Origin: Bacteroidota bacterium | Lineage (GTDB): Bacteria; Bacteroidota; Bacteroidia; Chitinophagales; Chitinophagaceae | DNA length: 64,000 nucleotides | Reading direction: 5' to 3' | Assembly (NCBI GenBank): GCA_046048175.1 | Contig: JBJOGP010000005.1 | Location: forward strand, 305 to 64,304 | In this document: positions 1 to 10,274 of the stretch, piece after piece | How the letters are laid out: each line of letters begins with the position of its first letter | Numbering within the stretch: position 1 is the first letter of the stretch | Notes under the pieces: model-generated | The model's input: the letters and a program-made list of their open reading frames with translations, nothing else | The model's database searches: none | Told to the model about the DNA's origin: nothing | Program-made: the position numbers and the translations under genes

Positions 1-3000
1 GATTGTTCTAAATCCACTAGAACAAACTATATCCAACGTAACACTAGTAAGTTCTAATTTAGTTGCTACACCGCCGCAACATCATATTCATGTAATTATT
101 CCAAATGGTGGCACAGGTATTTCTTCCTTTCGCATTGATAACAATACCGTACCTGCAAGTTCTTGGGTTGTTCACCCAAGAAACCCGGCTTATTCCTATG
201 CTTATTTAGCCAATGTAACACAAGGCTTTCATACATTGAAATCTGATTCTGGCTTTAATGCAATGGCATATGGATATGCAAATGCTGAATCATACGGATA
301 TTCTGCCGGTGCCAACGTAAAGGATCTTTACCAGTATATTTCTATAGAAACGCCAAACTCTACTGTAAATTTTCCTGCAACGTGTGTGGGCACACCCTTA
401 TATTTTTCAATGACCTTTCCTTATCAACCCACTACCATTAGTTGGGTCTTTGGAACGGCATTAAACGGGATGGGTATTGCTGATGTTAGTTTAACTAACC
501 CAACGCCTACTGCAACCACTGTGGTTAATGGCAGAACGTTATATATATATAAGCTTCCCACTCAGTATACTATTACTGCAAATGGAATTTATCCCATCAA
601 AGTTTTAGCTACAAATCCTACAGCTGATGGCTGTGGGGGAGAACAAGAAATTAATTTTGACTTAGAAGTACTTAATAGGCCTTCAGCAGCATTTACATTT
701 ACCGGAATCTGCGCCAACAACACAACACAATTTACGGATGCATCTAACACCGGTAACAGGCCAATAACATCTGTAAATTGGACTTTTGGAACACTCGGTA
801 CCTCGACGCAGGTCAATCCAACCTATACTTTTCCAGCATCTGGTACTTATCCAGTTACCTATTCACTAATAACAGATATAGGTTGTCGCTCTGATACGAT
901 TACTCAAAATGTGACGATCAATCCATTGCCTACTGCAACAATTAGTGGTACAGTGACCACTTGTATAAATGCTCCACAACCTACTGTCACATTTACCGGT
1001 GCAGGTGCAACACCTCCCTATACTTTTTCATATAACATAAATGGCGGCGCTACACAAACAATTAGTACTTCAGCCAGTACCAACACTGTTACCTTACAAG
1101 CACCAACGAATGTGCTAGGTGTGTTTAATTATAATTTATTAAGCGTTGCAGAGTCGAGTAGTGGGGTGTGTACACAAAATCAGCCGGCTACAGCTGTCGT
1201 AACGATTAATACAAATCCAACCGCTAACATCTCTGGAACAATTGATGTTTGTAAGGATGCTCCTTCGCCTCAAGTTACTTTTACAGGATCTGCGGGTACG
1301 CCTCCCTACACATTTAGTTACAATATTAATGGAGGTGCCACTCAAACTGTATCTTCTGTGGCTCCCTCTAGTGTTGCAACAGTAGTTGTTCCTACAGGAG
1401 TAACGGGTACATTTGTTTTTAATCTCACGGGTGTTGTAGATATAAATAATACAGTATGTAGCGGCTCACCAACAGGTGCTGCTACCGTAACAGTAAATCC
1501 ATTACCAACTGCAACCATTGCAGGAACAGACACAGTTTGCTTAAACTCAACACCTCCATCCATAACGTTTACGGGTTCTGCAGGAGTAGCTCCCTACACT
1601 TTTGCTTATAAAATCAATGGAGGTACTACACAAACTGTTACAACTACCTCAGGTAATAGTGTATCGGTGCAAGCGCCCACATCGGCTGTAGGTGTATTTG
1701 TGTATGAATTAATCAGTGTAACAGATGGAAGTTCTACAGCTTGTGCACAAAGTCAAACCGGTACTGCAACCATTACAATATTTCCAACTCCTTCTGCAAC
1801 TATTGGCGGAACTACTACTGTTTGCGTAAATGCTACTCAACCTACGCTCACTTTTACTGGTGCAGATGGGAATGCGCCTTACACTTTTACCTATACGATA
1901 AATGGTGGCTCAACACAAACTATTACTACAGTAACAGGTAACAGTGTAGATCTTTCAGCTCCCACATCTGCAGCTGGCATTTTTACCTATGCATTGCAAA
2001 CTGTTTCTGACGTAAATGGCTCAACCTGTACTCAAAATACAACAGGTACTGCTGTCATTACAGTAAACCCATTGCCAACTGCTACCATTGCTGGCTCAAC
2101 CAGTGTTTGTCTTGATGCTGCTCAGCCACAAATAACTTTTACAGGTGCTGGTTCTACGGCTCCATATACTTTCTTTTATACAATAAATGGGGGAGCTACT
2201 CAGAGTATTACTACTACTACTGGAAATAGTGTTACAGTATCTGTGCCTACTACAACGGCTGGAACATTTACTTATACGTTGCAAAGTGTGAGTGATGCAA
2301 GCAGTACACTTTGCTCGCAACAGCAGAGTGGAACAGCTGTTGTTACAGTTTGGCCATTACCTACAAGTGCATACACTACTAATACGCCGGTATGCCAAGA
2401 GGGAGTAATTAGTTTTACTGATCAGTCCGTTCCAAATGTTGGTACACTCACTGGATGGCAATGGGATTTTAATGACCCAACTAGTGGAGCAAATAATACT
2501 TCAACCCTACAAAATCCAACTCATTTTTTTGCAACTCCTGGATCATACACGGTTAGCTTGACTGTGACAACATCTAATGGCTGTGTTAGTGTCAATACGC
2601 TACCCGCTTTGATTGTACATCCAAAACCTGAGGCAGGTTATATTATTCCAGAGGTTTGCTTAAGTGATACCTATGCACAGTTTACTGATACGAGTAGAGT
2701 TGCTGCGCCCTCTACCATAACAGCTTGGTCATGGAATTTTGGAGATGCTAATGCAACACCTCCTTCGAACCCTAATACTTCCAGTTTACAAAATCCTCAA
2801 CATAGTTACACTGCAGTAGGTAACTATCAAGTTTCATTGATTGTAACAAGTAATCAAGGTTGCAAGGATACTATAGTGCAGCAAATGTTTGTGAGTGCAA
2901 GTAATCCTCAGGCTAATTTTAGTGTGAATCAACCCACTTTATTATGTGCTAATGATTCTGTACGAATAACGGATGCCTCCACGGTGTTTCCTGGATTAAT

Positions 3001-4750
3001 TACGAAAGTTGAAATATGGTGGGATAATATAGGAAGTCCAACGAGTGTTTATATAGATAACAATCCAGTATTTGGTCGTGTTTATAGCCATCGTTACCCT
3101 AATTTTCAGAGCCCATTAACACGAAATTTCCAAATACGATACAGGGCTTATTCTGGTGGAATTTGTTTGAATGAAAAGCTTGCTACAATAACAGTAAATG
3201 CTGCGCCTGCAGTGCAGTTTACTACAGTACCTAACATCTGCTTTGATGCTGCACCTTATCAAATAACACAAGCCACTGAGACAGGTGGAGTGCCGGGTAC
3301 TTTTACTTATTTTGGTCCAGGAGTTTCAAGCAGCGGCTTATTTACGCCATCTATTGCAGGTGAAGGAGTGCATACTATTAAATATCTCTATACTTCTACA
3401 ACCGGAAGCTGCAAGGATAGTACAACACAAACTATTAAAGTCTGGGAAAGAGCAATAGCTGATTTTAGTGTTAGTACAAATCCCTTATGTGAAAAGCAGC
3501 CTGTAACATTTACAAATAGCTCAACAGCAACTGAAGGAACAATAACGCAATGGCTTTGGAATTTTGCTGATGGCACATCTGTACAGGTTAATACCAATCC
3601 TTCACCCTTTACTCACACGTTCAACACCTATGGCAACTTTAATGTTAAATTAAATGTAGTAACCAACCACGGTTGTGTTAGCGCAGATAAAATTGTTGCT
3701 GTCACAGTTAATCCATTAGCTAGACCGAATTTCACATTCCCAGCAATAAGCTGTTTACCCAACGCCAATATCCAATTCACTAACCAATCGACCATTCCCA
3801 ATAGTACTCCCTCAACACTTACTTATAATTGGGATTTTGGAGACCCGGGAAGTGGTACAGTTAATAATTCCACTTTAACCGATCCGGCACACGTTTATGT
3901 TAATCTGGGACCTTTCAATGTTAATCTAGAAGTAACTACTGCGCAAGGCTGCATCCATGACACAACTATTGTGTTAAATACAATTCATCCTCAGCCACAA
4001 GCTTCGTTCACAACAGACTTTATAGATGTCTGTATCGGAAGTCCGTTTTTGTTTACAAGCACTAGCAATGGAGCTGATGGTTCTATTTCTCAATATCATT
4101 GGGCTATGGGTGATGGTTCTGTACGAACACTAAACAGCTTCTCGTATACGTATGCGGATACAGGCACCTACCAAGTGAGCCATTATATTGTAAATAATTT
4201 TGGATGCAGTAGCAATGTTGCTACAAAAACAGTTTATGTAAATGCTTACCCAGATGCAGACGCTGGACCGGATAAACTTATGTTGGAAGGCGGACAGGTT
4301 CAAATTACGCCTCCTAATAATTACCCCATGCCTGTAACATTTGCATGGACACCTGCTACTTATTTGGATGATCCCACTCGCCTCGATCCTATAGCTAGAC
4401 CACCCGATGATATCACTTATTTACTCACTGTAACAACCAATAAAGGGTGTAGTGATACTAGTTCAATGTTTATTAAAGTTTTGAAGGATCCCCCAGTTCC
4501 AAACATCTTTTCTCCTAATGGCGATGGCATTCATGATACCTGGATAATACCTTACTTAGATAGTTATCCTGGTTGTACAGTTGAGATTGTAAATCGTTAC
4601 GGATATCTTATTTACAGGTCAATTGGGTACCCAACTCCATGGGATGGGAAAGTGAATGGTAGAGATGTTCCCGTTGGCACCTATTATTATGTAATTGATC
4701 CTAAAAATGGTCGTAAAAAGAAAGCCGGCTATGTTGATATAATTAGATAG
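1..4750 (+). CDS. Large T9SS type-B sorting (gliding-motility CTD) surface protein with IgGFc-binding-like N-region, Cys-containing Ig-like repeats and PKD domains; 5' end lies outside the window
   Basis: Frame is open from position 2 (IVLNPLEQTISNVTL...HTLKSDSGFNAMAYGYANAESYGYSAG), so the TTG at 236 is not the start. PKD motifs (WDFND, WNFGD, WDFGD). C-terminal VPNIFSPNGDGIHDTW...WDG...VGTYYYVI...GYVDIIR is typical of type-B T9SS CTDs. Confidence 0.9.
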   Translation, partial: IVLNPLEQTISNVTLVSSNLVATPPQHHIHVIIPNGGTGISSFRIDNNTVPASSWVVHPRNPAYSYAYLANVTQGFHTLKSDSGFNAMAYGYANAESYGYSAGANVKDLYQYISIETPNSTVNFPATCVGTPLYFSMTFPYQPTTISWVFGTALNGMGIADVSLTNPTPTATTVVNGRTLYIYKLPTQYTITANGIYPIKVLATNPTADGCGGEQEINFDLEVLNRPSAAFTFTGICANNTTQFTDASNTGNRPITSVNWTFGTLGTSTQVNPTYTFPASGTYPVTYSLITDIGCRSDTITQNVTINPLPTATISGTVTTCINAPQPTVTFTGAGATPPYTFSYNINGGATQTISTSASTNTVTLQAPTNVLGVFNYNLLSVAESSSGVCTQNQPATAVVTINTNPTANISGTIDVCKDAPSPQVTFTGSAGTPPYTFSYNINGGATQTVSSVAPSSVATVVVPTGVTGTFVFNLTGVVDINNTVCSGSPTGAATVTVNPLPTATIAGTDTVCLNSTPPSITFTGSAGVAPYTFAYKINGGTTQTVTTTSGNSVSVQAPTSAVGVFVYELISVTDGSSTACAQSQTGTATITIFPTPSATIGGTTTVCVNATQPTLTFTGADGNAPYTFTYTINGGSTQTITTVTGNSVDLSAPTSAAGIFTYALQTVSDVNGSTCTQNTTGTAVITVNPLPTATIAGSTSVCLDAAQPQITFTGAGSTAPYTFFYTINGGATQSITTTTGNSVTVSVPTTTAGTFTYTLQSVSDASSTLCSQQQSGTAVVTVWPLPTSAYTTNTPVCQEGVISFTDQSVPNVGTLTGWQWDFNDPTSGANNTSTLQNPTHFFATPGSYTVSLTVTTSNGCVSVNTLPALIVHPKPEAGYIIPEVCLSDTYAQFTDTSRVAAPSTITAWSWNFGDANATPPSNPNTSSLQNPQHSYTAVGNYQVSLIVTSNQGCKDTIVQQMFVSASNPQANFSVNQPTLLCANDSVRITDASTVFPGLITKVEIWWDNIGSPTSVYIDNNPVFGRVYSHRYPNFQSPLTRNFQIRYRAYSGGICLNEKLATITVNAAPAVQFTTVPNICFDAAPYQITQATETGGVPGTFTYFGPGVSSSGLFTPSIAGEGVHTIKYLYTSTTGSCKDSTTQTIKVWERAIADFSVSTNPLCEKQPVTFTNSSTATEGTITQWLWNFADGTSVQVNTNPSPFTHTFNTYGNFNVKLNVVTNHGCVSADKIVAVTVNPLARPNFTFPAISCLPNANIQFTNQSTIPNSTPSTLTYNWDFGDPGSGTVNNSTLTDPAHVYVNLGPFNVNLEVTTAQGCIHDTTIVLNTIHPQPQASFTTDFIDVCIGSPFLFTSTSNGADGSISQYHWAMGDGSVRTLNSFSYTYADTGTYQVSHYIVNNFGCSSNVATKTVYVNAYPDADAGPDKLMLEGGQVQITPPNNYPMPVTFAWTPATYLDDPTRLDPIARPPDDITYLLTVTTNKGCSDTSSMFIKVLKDPPVPNIFSPNGDGIHDTWIIPYLDSYPGCTVEIVNRYGYLIYRSIGYPTPWDGKVNGRDVPVGTYYYVIDPKNGRKKKAGYVDIIR
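920..2350 (+). repeat. Five tandem ~95-96 aa intragenic repeats (P.ATI.G...C......TFTG..G..PYTF.Y.INGG.TQT)
   Basis: Units start at about 920, 1208, 1496, 1781 and 2066 (periods 288, 288, 285, 285, 285 nt); each has two Cys; codons are diverged. Confidence 0.9.
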
Positions 4751-4752
4751 AA

Positions 4753-5826
4753 ATGAGACGTCTCTTTACCATACTACTATCATTTTTGTGTGTTAGCTTT
4801 TACGCAAATGGACAACAGCGTCCTCATTATACACAATATGTAATCAACCCCTTTATTATTAATCCAGCCATTGCAGGAATTGACAACTATGGAGACTTAA
4901 AAGTATCGGCACGTGATCAATGGGTTGGATTAAAAGGGGCTCCACGAACTTCTTATTTAACTATTCATGCGCCGCTTGGTAAAAGTGATTACAGATTAAG
5001 TTCAACTTCTTTTGCAGTTCCAGGCAACAACCCCAGAGGTAAATCATATTGGGAAAATTATACGGCTGCTGCCCCACATCATGGCGTAGGGTTAAGCGTT
5101 ATAAATGATCGGACGGGCAGCTTCAATTTTACTTCAGCATCTGCCTCTTATGCTTATCATTTGGGTCTAAACCCAACCACCAATATCTCTGCTGGATTAT
5201 CTGCCGGTATCACTTCGATTCGAATTGATAGAACAAACCATGACTTTTCAGGATTTGGCGATCCTTCTGATCCAGCTTTTGGTTCCGTATTGACAGGCGA
5301 ATTGCGAAAGATTAGACCACAGATGGCTGCAGGAATATGGTTATATGCACGAAATTATTTTGTGGGGCTTTCTGCGCAGCAAATCATTCCTCAAACACTC
5401 AGTTTTGTCAATAATGACCCAACAATTTTGACAAAAAGTAAATTGGTTCCACATTTGTTTTTGACTGCTGGCTATCGGTTTATGATAGGTGAGGATTTTA
5501 ATGCTATTCCCTCCGTTATGATAAAGTATATCAACGGAAGTTCCCGAAATGGCTATCAGCCAGAATTTAATGCAAAGCTTCAGTATCGTGATGTACTATG
5601 GATTGGAGGTAGTTATCGTTATCGCGATAGCTATGCAGGAATGCTTGGCTTGAATATGGGTAATCGAATGACCGTCAGTTATTCTTATGATCTCCCCATA
5701 AATTCGGATCTTATAAGAAATAATGGAGCTAATATATTATCCCCATTTCATAATGGAACGCATGAATTGGTGATTGGAATACTATTAGGCAATAAGTATA
5801 GTGAGGCCTGTCCGCGTTGTTATTGA
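4753..5826 (+). CDS. PorP/SprF-family type IX secretion membrane protein
   Basis: Signal peptide, QQRPHYTQY..NPFIINPAIAG, RDQWVGLKGAPRT, GYRF, WIGGSYR, YSYD, GTHEL motifs; starts 2 nt after a type-B CTD gene, the usual pairing. Confidence 0.92.
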   Translation: MRRLFTILLSFLCVSFYANGQQRPHYTQYVINPFIINPAIAGIDNYGDLKVSARDQWVGLKGAPRTSYLTIHAPLGKSDYRLSSTSFAVPGNNPRGKSYWENYTAAAPHHGVGLSVINDRTGSFNFTSASASYAYHLGLNPTTNISAGLSAGITSIRIDRTNHDFSGFGDPSDPAFGSVLTGELRKIRPQMAAGIWLYARNYFVGLSAQQIIPQTLSFVNNDPTILTKSKLVPHLFLTAGYRFMIGEDFNAIPSVMIKYINGSSRNGYQPEFNAKLQYRDVLWIGGSYRYRDSYAGMLGLNMGNRMTVSYSYDLPINSDLIRNNGANILSPFHNGTHELVIGILLGNKYSEACPRCY

Positions 5827-6224
5827 GGTTTTTTTGCGGCAATTAATCTATTTACATTTTCTGCAAGCTGGAGCAATTCATCAAGAGTATTTGTATAATA
5901 TGATGAATGAATCGCTTCTGCCGCTAATTGAGCTGGGGAACCATTGTGTAAATATCCAATAAGCCGATCGGTAAGCGCCCTTGAAAGTGCCTGACGATCT
6001 ACAATTGACCAATAAATATGTTTTCTTCCGATTTCTTTTCTGGAAACGAGTCCTTTGAAAAACATTAATTGCATCAATTTTAAAGTGGTAGTATATCCTG
6101 TTTTTTTATAAAAATTAATTTGTTGGTGTACTTCGCGAACTGAAGCTTCATTCTTTTCCCAAAGAATGGATAAAATTTCTAATTCACTTTCTGTAGGTTT
6201 TGGGAGTTCGCTGGCCATCTTCAT
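5820..6224 (-). CDS. BlaI/MecI/CopY family transcriptional regulator
   Basis: PTESELEILSILW...SVREVH...GYTTTLKLMQLM..KGLV winged-HTH signature. Confidence 0.88.
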   Translation of the reverse strand: MKMASELPKPTESELEILSILWEKNEASVREVHQQINFYKKTGYTTTLKLMQLMFFKGLVSRKEIGRKHIYWSIVDRQALSRALTDRLIGYLHNGSPAQLAAEAIHSSYYTNTLDELLQLAENVNRLIAAKKPQ

Positions 6225-6262
6225 ATCAACAGATTTGGATTGTAAGCTACAACTTAAAGATT

Positions 6263-6299
6263 AAAAAAAAGCCCCGCTGTAGAAACAGCAGGACTTTTT
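6263..6299 (-). terminator. Intrinsic terminator after hppA
   Basis: Minus strand GTCCTGCTGT-TTCT-ACAGCGGGGC followed by T8. Confidence 0.8.
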
Positions 6300-6320
6300 G
6301 TAATGGTTATGATTAGCTTC

Positions 6321-8567
6321 TTAACAATTATCCTTAGGGCTCTTTGGCGTAAGGATAAAGGTACCGAATGGTTTTGTTGATTTATTGATACCTGCTGGTT
6401 GAGAAACGGGCGTCTGTGGCGCAGGTGTAGTTTCTTTATTTTCTAATTGAGCAAGTGTGGGGGCAATTACCAAAGAAACAATTGACATTAACTTGATCAA
6501 AATATTCATGGATGGACCAGAGGTGTCTTTAAAAGGATCTCCAACTGTGTCACCAGTTACAGATGCTTTATGGGGTTCTGATTTTTTGTAGAACATTTCT
6601 CCATTGATCTCAACACCTTTCTCGAATGATTTTTTTGCATTATCCCAAGCTCCACCAGCATTATTTTGGAACATTCCCATTAACACACCACTAACTGTTG
6701 CGCCGGCTAAAAATCCACCTAGTGCCTCAGGGCCTAATAAAAATCCAATTAGTAGGGGAGATACGATTGTAATAGCACCAGGTAGCATCATTTTCTTGAT
6801 AGAGGCTTCTGTAGAAATTGCTACGCATTTATCGTATTCTGGCTTACCTGTTCCTTCCATGATACCAGGAATTGTGCGAAATTGTCTGCGTACTTCTTCA
6901 ACCATACTCATGGCAGCTTGGCCAACAGCACGGATGGCCAATGAAGAGAAGAGAAGTGGAATCATTCCACCCACAAATAATGAAGCGAGCACATCAGCTT
7001 TATAAATATCAATATGCTGATTATTAGGCATAGCCACACCTACAAAAGCAGCAAACAAGGCCAATGCAGTTAAAGCAGCAGAAGCAATGGCAAATCCTTT
7101 TCCAGTAGCAGCAGTAGTGTTACCAACCGCATCTAATACGTCTGTTTTTTCACGAACATCTTTGGGTAATTCGCTCATTTCAGCAATACCACCCGCATTA
7201 TCCGCAATAGGACCAAAAGCGTCAATTGCTAATTGCATTGCTGTTGTTGCCATCATACCAGCTGCAGCGATAGCAACTCCGTATAATCCAGCAAATTGAT
7301 AGGATCCAAAAATACCAGCAGCTAAAACTAAAATAGGTAAGAAGGTAGATTCCATTCCAACAGCCAATCCTCCAATAACATTTGTTGCATGACCAGTTGA
7401 AGATTGTCTGATGATGGATAGAACAGGTCTTTTACCCATTGCAGTATAATACTCTGTGATAATACTCATCAATGCACCAACTGCAAGGCCTACACCAATG
7501 GCACCTAAAACGCCCCATTTAGTAAAAATGAAACCTCTAAGTTCCATTGCTTCTGGCAAAATATAATAAACAAGTGCAGCTGAGGCGATTGCTGTTAGTA
7601 CAATTGAACCCCAATTTCCCATGTTCAATGCTTTTTGAACATTGTCCGTATTAATACCAGCTGCATCACTTACGCGTACAAACCAAGTACCAATAATTGA
7701 GAAAAGTATTCCTACACCAGCAATTAACATTGGTAATACAATAGGGGAGTATCCGCCTAAAATATCGGTGCCAAATACAACTACAGTCTGTTGACCTAAA
7801 ACAATTGTAGCTAGAACTGTTGCAACGTATGAACCAAATAGGTCTGCACCCATTCCTGCTACGTCACCAACATTATCACCTACGTTATCAGCAATTGTTG
7901 CTGGATTACGAGGATCGTCCTCAGGAATTCCAGCCTCTACTTTACCTACCAAGTCAGCACCTACGTCTGCAGCTTTAGTATAAATACCGCCACCTACGCG
8001 GGCAAATAACGCAATTGATTCAGCTCCTAATGAGAAACCTGTCAATACTTCGATGGTGCGAATCATTTCATCTGAATTGACTGCAGCGTCTGGAGCAAAT
8101 ACCTGCTTTAAGATGATATAAAGTCCACCAAGACCAAGCACGGCTAAACCTGAAACCCCAAGTCCCATGACGGCACCGCCAGTAAATGAAACTTGCAGTG
8201 CTTTACTAAGACTTGTACGGGCTGCTTGCGCAGTTCTAACATTTGCTTTAGTAGCCACTTTCATGCCTATATATCCTGCAGTTGCGCTAAACACAGCTCC
8301 CACAACAAATGCCACAGCAATTGACCAGTGTGAGTGAGGATTAGTACTGGCCATGAGAGCCAAAAGAATACCTACAATAACAACAAAGTAGCCAAGAATC
8401 TTCCATTCAGCTTTTAAAAATGCCATTGCACCTTCGGCAATGTAATTGCTGATCTCTTTCATACGATCAGTACCTGCATCTTGTTTAGAAACCCAATTAA
8501 ACTTTACTAGGGTGTAAATCAAGCCGATCAGGCCAAACACGGGCACCAGATAAATCAGTTTTTCCAT
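6321..8567 (-). CDS. hppA: Membrane-integral K+-dependent pyrophosphatase ion pump (likely H+-translocating, Flavobacterium type)
   Basis: [59 protein letters not shown] motifs; many TM helices. Confidence 0.96.
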   Translation of the reverse strand: MEKLIYLVPVFGLIGLIYTLVKFNWVSKQDAGTDRMKEISNYIAEGAMAFLKAEWKILGYFVVIVGILLALMASTNPHSHWSIAVAFVVGAVFSATAGYIGMKVATKANVRTAQAARTSLSKALQVSFTGGAVMGLGVSGLAVLGLGGLYIILKQVFAPDAAVNSDEMIRTIEVLTGFSLGAESIALFARVGGGIYTKAADVGADLVGKVEAGIPEDDPRNPATIADNVGDNVGDVAGMGADLFGSYVATVLATIVLGQQTVVVFGTDILGGYSPIVLPMLIAGVGILFSIIGTWFVRVSDAAGINTDNVQKALNMGNWGSIVLTAIASAALVYYILPEAMELRGFIFTKWGVLGAIGVGLAVGALMSIITEYYTAMGKRPVLSIIRQSSTGHATNVIGGLAVGMESTFLPILVLAAGIFGSYQFAGLYGVAIAAAGMMATTAMQLAIDAFGPIADNAGGIAEMSELPKDVREKTDVLDAVGNTTAATGKGFAIASAALTALALFAAFVGVAMPNNQHIDIYKADVLASLFVGGMIPLLFSSLAIRAVGQAAMSMVEEVRRQFRTIPGIMEGTGKPEYDKCVAISTEASIKKMMLPGAITIVSPLLIGFLLGPEALGGFLAGATVSGVLMGMFQNNAGGAWDNAKKSFEKGVEINGEMFYKKSEPHKASVTGDTVGDPFKDTSGPSMNILIKLMSIVSLVIAPTLAQLENKETTPAPQTPVSQPAGINKSTKPFGTFILTPKSPKDNC

Positions 8568-8649
8568 AAAATTTGTTTCAGCAGTTCGGTTTAATGTGAT
8601 CTTTTAATGAAGAGGTAAAAGGTACATTTCGTTCCGTTTTACCGGCCGG

Positions 8650-8657
8650 CAAAGATA
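8650..8657 (-). promoter_or_regulatory. Bacteroidota sigma-A -7 box (TATCTTTG) for hppA
   Basis: Exact TAnnTTTG about 80 nt upstream of the hppA ATG, followed by GC-rich CCGGCCGG. Confidence 0.7.
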
Positions 8658-8728
8658 GGCATCTAGCCTCTAAATTGGAGCAATTTTTCCTATGTTTTTA
8701 TGGGTAATTAGGGAGGGTAGTTAGAGCT

Positions 8729-10240
8729 TTAATTTCTGAAAATCAACTGTTTCCATGCAGCTCCTATCGATTGAATTAAATCGGTAACGCTCATTCCCTG
8801 TTCGCTGTGTTCTTGTGCAGCAATATCGCCAGCTAAGCCATGAAGATAGACCCCAATTTTTACAGCTTGATCTGAAGGATAGCCCTGCGCTAATAAAGAG
8901 GTCAAAATTCCTGTAAGCACGTCTCCTGATCCTCCTCTTGACATACCTGGGTTACCTGAAGTATTGAAAATATGAACTCCGGAGGGACTGGCAATAAAAC
9001 TGTGATGACCTTTTAAAACAATAAAAACGTTCAGCTCTTTTGCTTTTTGTATGGCAACCTGAATAGAATCAAAATCATTTTCAGATGCACCAAATAATCG
9101 ATTGAATTCACCAAGATGAGGTGTGAGAATTGAATTTGCAGGAATTTTTTTAAATAAAAGGGGAGTTGAAGAGATTATGTTTAGGGCATCGGCGTCAAGT
9201 ACAATCGGAGATTTATATTTATCTAATAGTGATTCTAGCATACCTATCGTATCACTACTTTGCCCAATACCAGGACCTATCCCAATTGCATTAAAAGGGG
9301 AGAGATTGGTCGGGAAACTAGAAATATGCGCTTCTTTTGAATCTATATTCACCATTGCTTCTGGTAAACATGATTGCATAATCTGATATCCATGGCCTGG
9401 GATTTGACAGGTTAACAAACCAATACCTGCTCTTAATGCGCCTTGCGCTGCTAAAACAGCTGCTCCCATTTTTCCAATACTTCCTGCGATCAATAGACCA
9501 TGACCAAAATTTCCCTTGTGTGAAAACCGCTGCCTTTTTTTTAGGAGCTGAATAATTGAATCTTTTTCGATTGTTTGAAATTGACTGTGTGTGTACTTGT
9601 AAAAAGATGGGTGAAGTTGGATATCAAGTAAATGAACTTCACCTATTTTAGATTCATTTTCAGCAACGTAAAATGCCAATTTGTTTGTAAAGCTGAGTGT
9701 ATAATCTGCCTCTATTGAAATATTGTTTTTTGAGGATCGATCGCAAAAAAGTCCACTAGGAATATCGATTGATAATATTGGATTAGAAGCGAAATTAATC
9801 TGTTGTACCAGTTGAGCTGAAAGCCCTTCTAGCTTGCGATTCAAGCCGGATCCGTATAATGCATCAATAACGACTGCTTCTTCCCGGATAGGATAAATAT
9901 GATTTTCTTGTTGGATATATTGAATCTGCACAGTAGGATACTGGTGTAGTCTAGCAAGATTTTGTTGAAAATCATCCGTACCAGGAAATCCAAATTCCAA
10001 TATGTGAATTTGAACTTCTTTCCCTTTTTCTGCTAACAACCGTGCAATTGCTAAACCATCACCACCGTTATTGCCTTTGCCACAAAAAATATTGAATGAG
10101 GTATATGCGGAAAAATTTTCTTCAATCCAAGTTGCACATCGTGCAGCAGCTCGTTCCATCAAATCAATCGATCTGATGGGTTCTTCTCTAATAGTATACT
10201 CATCCCAAGCATGAATCTCTTCTGCTGAAAATATTTTCAT
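8729..10240 (-). CDS. nnr: Bifunctional NAD(P)H-hydrate epimerase/dehydratase (YjeF)
   Basis: LMERAA, CGKGNNGGDG, DIPSG, HKGNFG, GPGIG, DADAL, TPHLGEF, GGSGDVLTG. Confidence 0.95.
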   Translation of the reverse strand: MKIFSAEEIHAWDEYTIREEPIRSIDLMERAAARCATWIEENFSAYTSFNIFCGKGNNGGDGLAIARLLAEKGKEVQIHILEFGFPGTDDFQQNLARLHQYPTVQIQYIQQENHIYPIREEAVVIDALYGSGLNRKLEGLSAQLVQQINFASNPILSIDIPSGLFCDRSSKNNISIEADYTLSFTNKLAFYVAENESKIGEVHLLDIQLHPSFYKYTHSQFQTIEKDSIIQLLKKRQRFSHKGNFGHGLLIAGSIGKMGAAVLAAQGALRAGIGLLTCQIPGHGYQIMQSCLPEAMVNIDSKEAHISSFPTNLSPFNAIGIGPGIGQSSDTIGMLESLLDKYKSPIVLDADALNIISSTPLLFKKIPANSILTPHLGEFNRLFGASENDFDSIQVAIQKAKELNVFIVLKGHHSFIASPSGVHIFNTSGNPGMSRGGSGDVLTGILTSLLAQGYPSDQAVKIGVYLHGLAGDIAAQEHSEQGMSVTDLIQSIGAAWKQLIFRN

Positions 10241-10274
10241 GGATTAAAGTTCCGAAATTCTGAAACGAAATCCA

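Noticed and set aside
236-238. TTG start of the 1504-aa ORF
   Set aside because: The frame is open back to the window edge and there is no signal peptide at 236.
920-2350. Periodic repeats as a CRISPR-like array or DGR/VR cassette
   Set aside because: They are in-frame protein domain repeats with synonymous divergence; no identical direct repeats, cas or reverse transcriptase genes.
6240-6252. TTGTA-AGC-TACAA dyad upstream of blaI as its operator
   Set aside because: Half-sites are in the opposite order to the classical TACA-NN-TGTA box, it is single-copy, and it is likely by chance in AT-rich DNA.
8568-8728. tRNA, riboswitch or sRNA in the longer intergenic gaps (also 32749-32885, 39414-39552, 49500-49621, 61085-61181)
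   Set aside because: No cloverleaf or recognisable aptamer consensus; the space is largely explained by promoter boxes.
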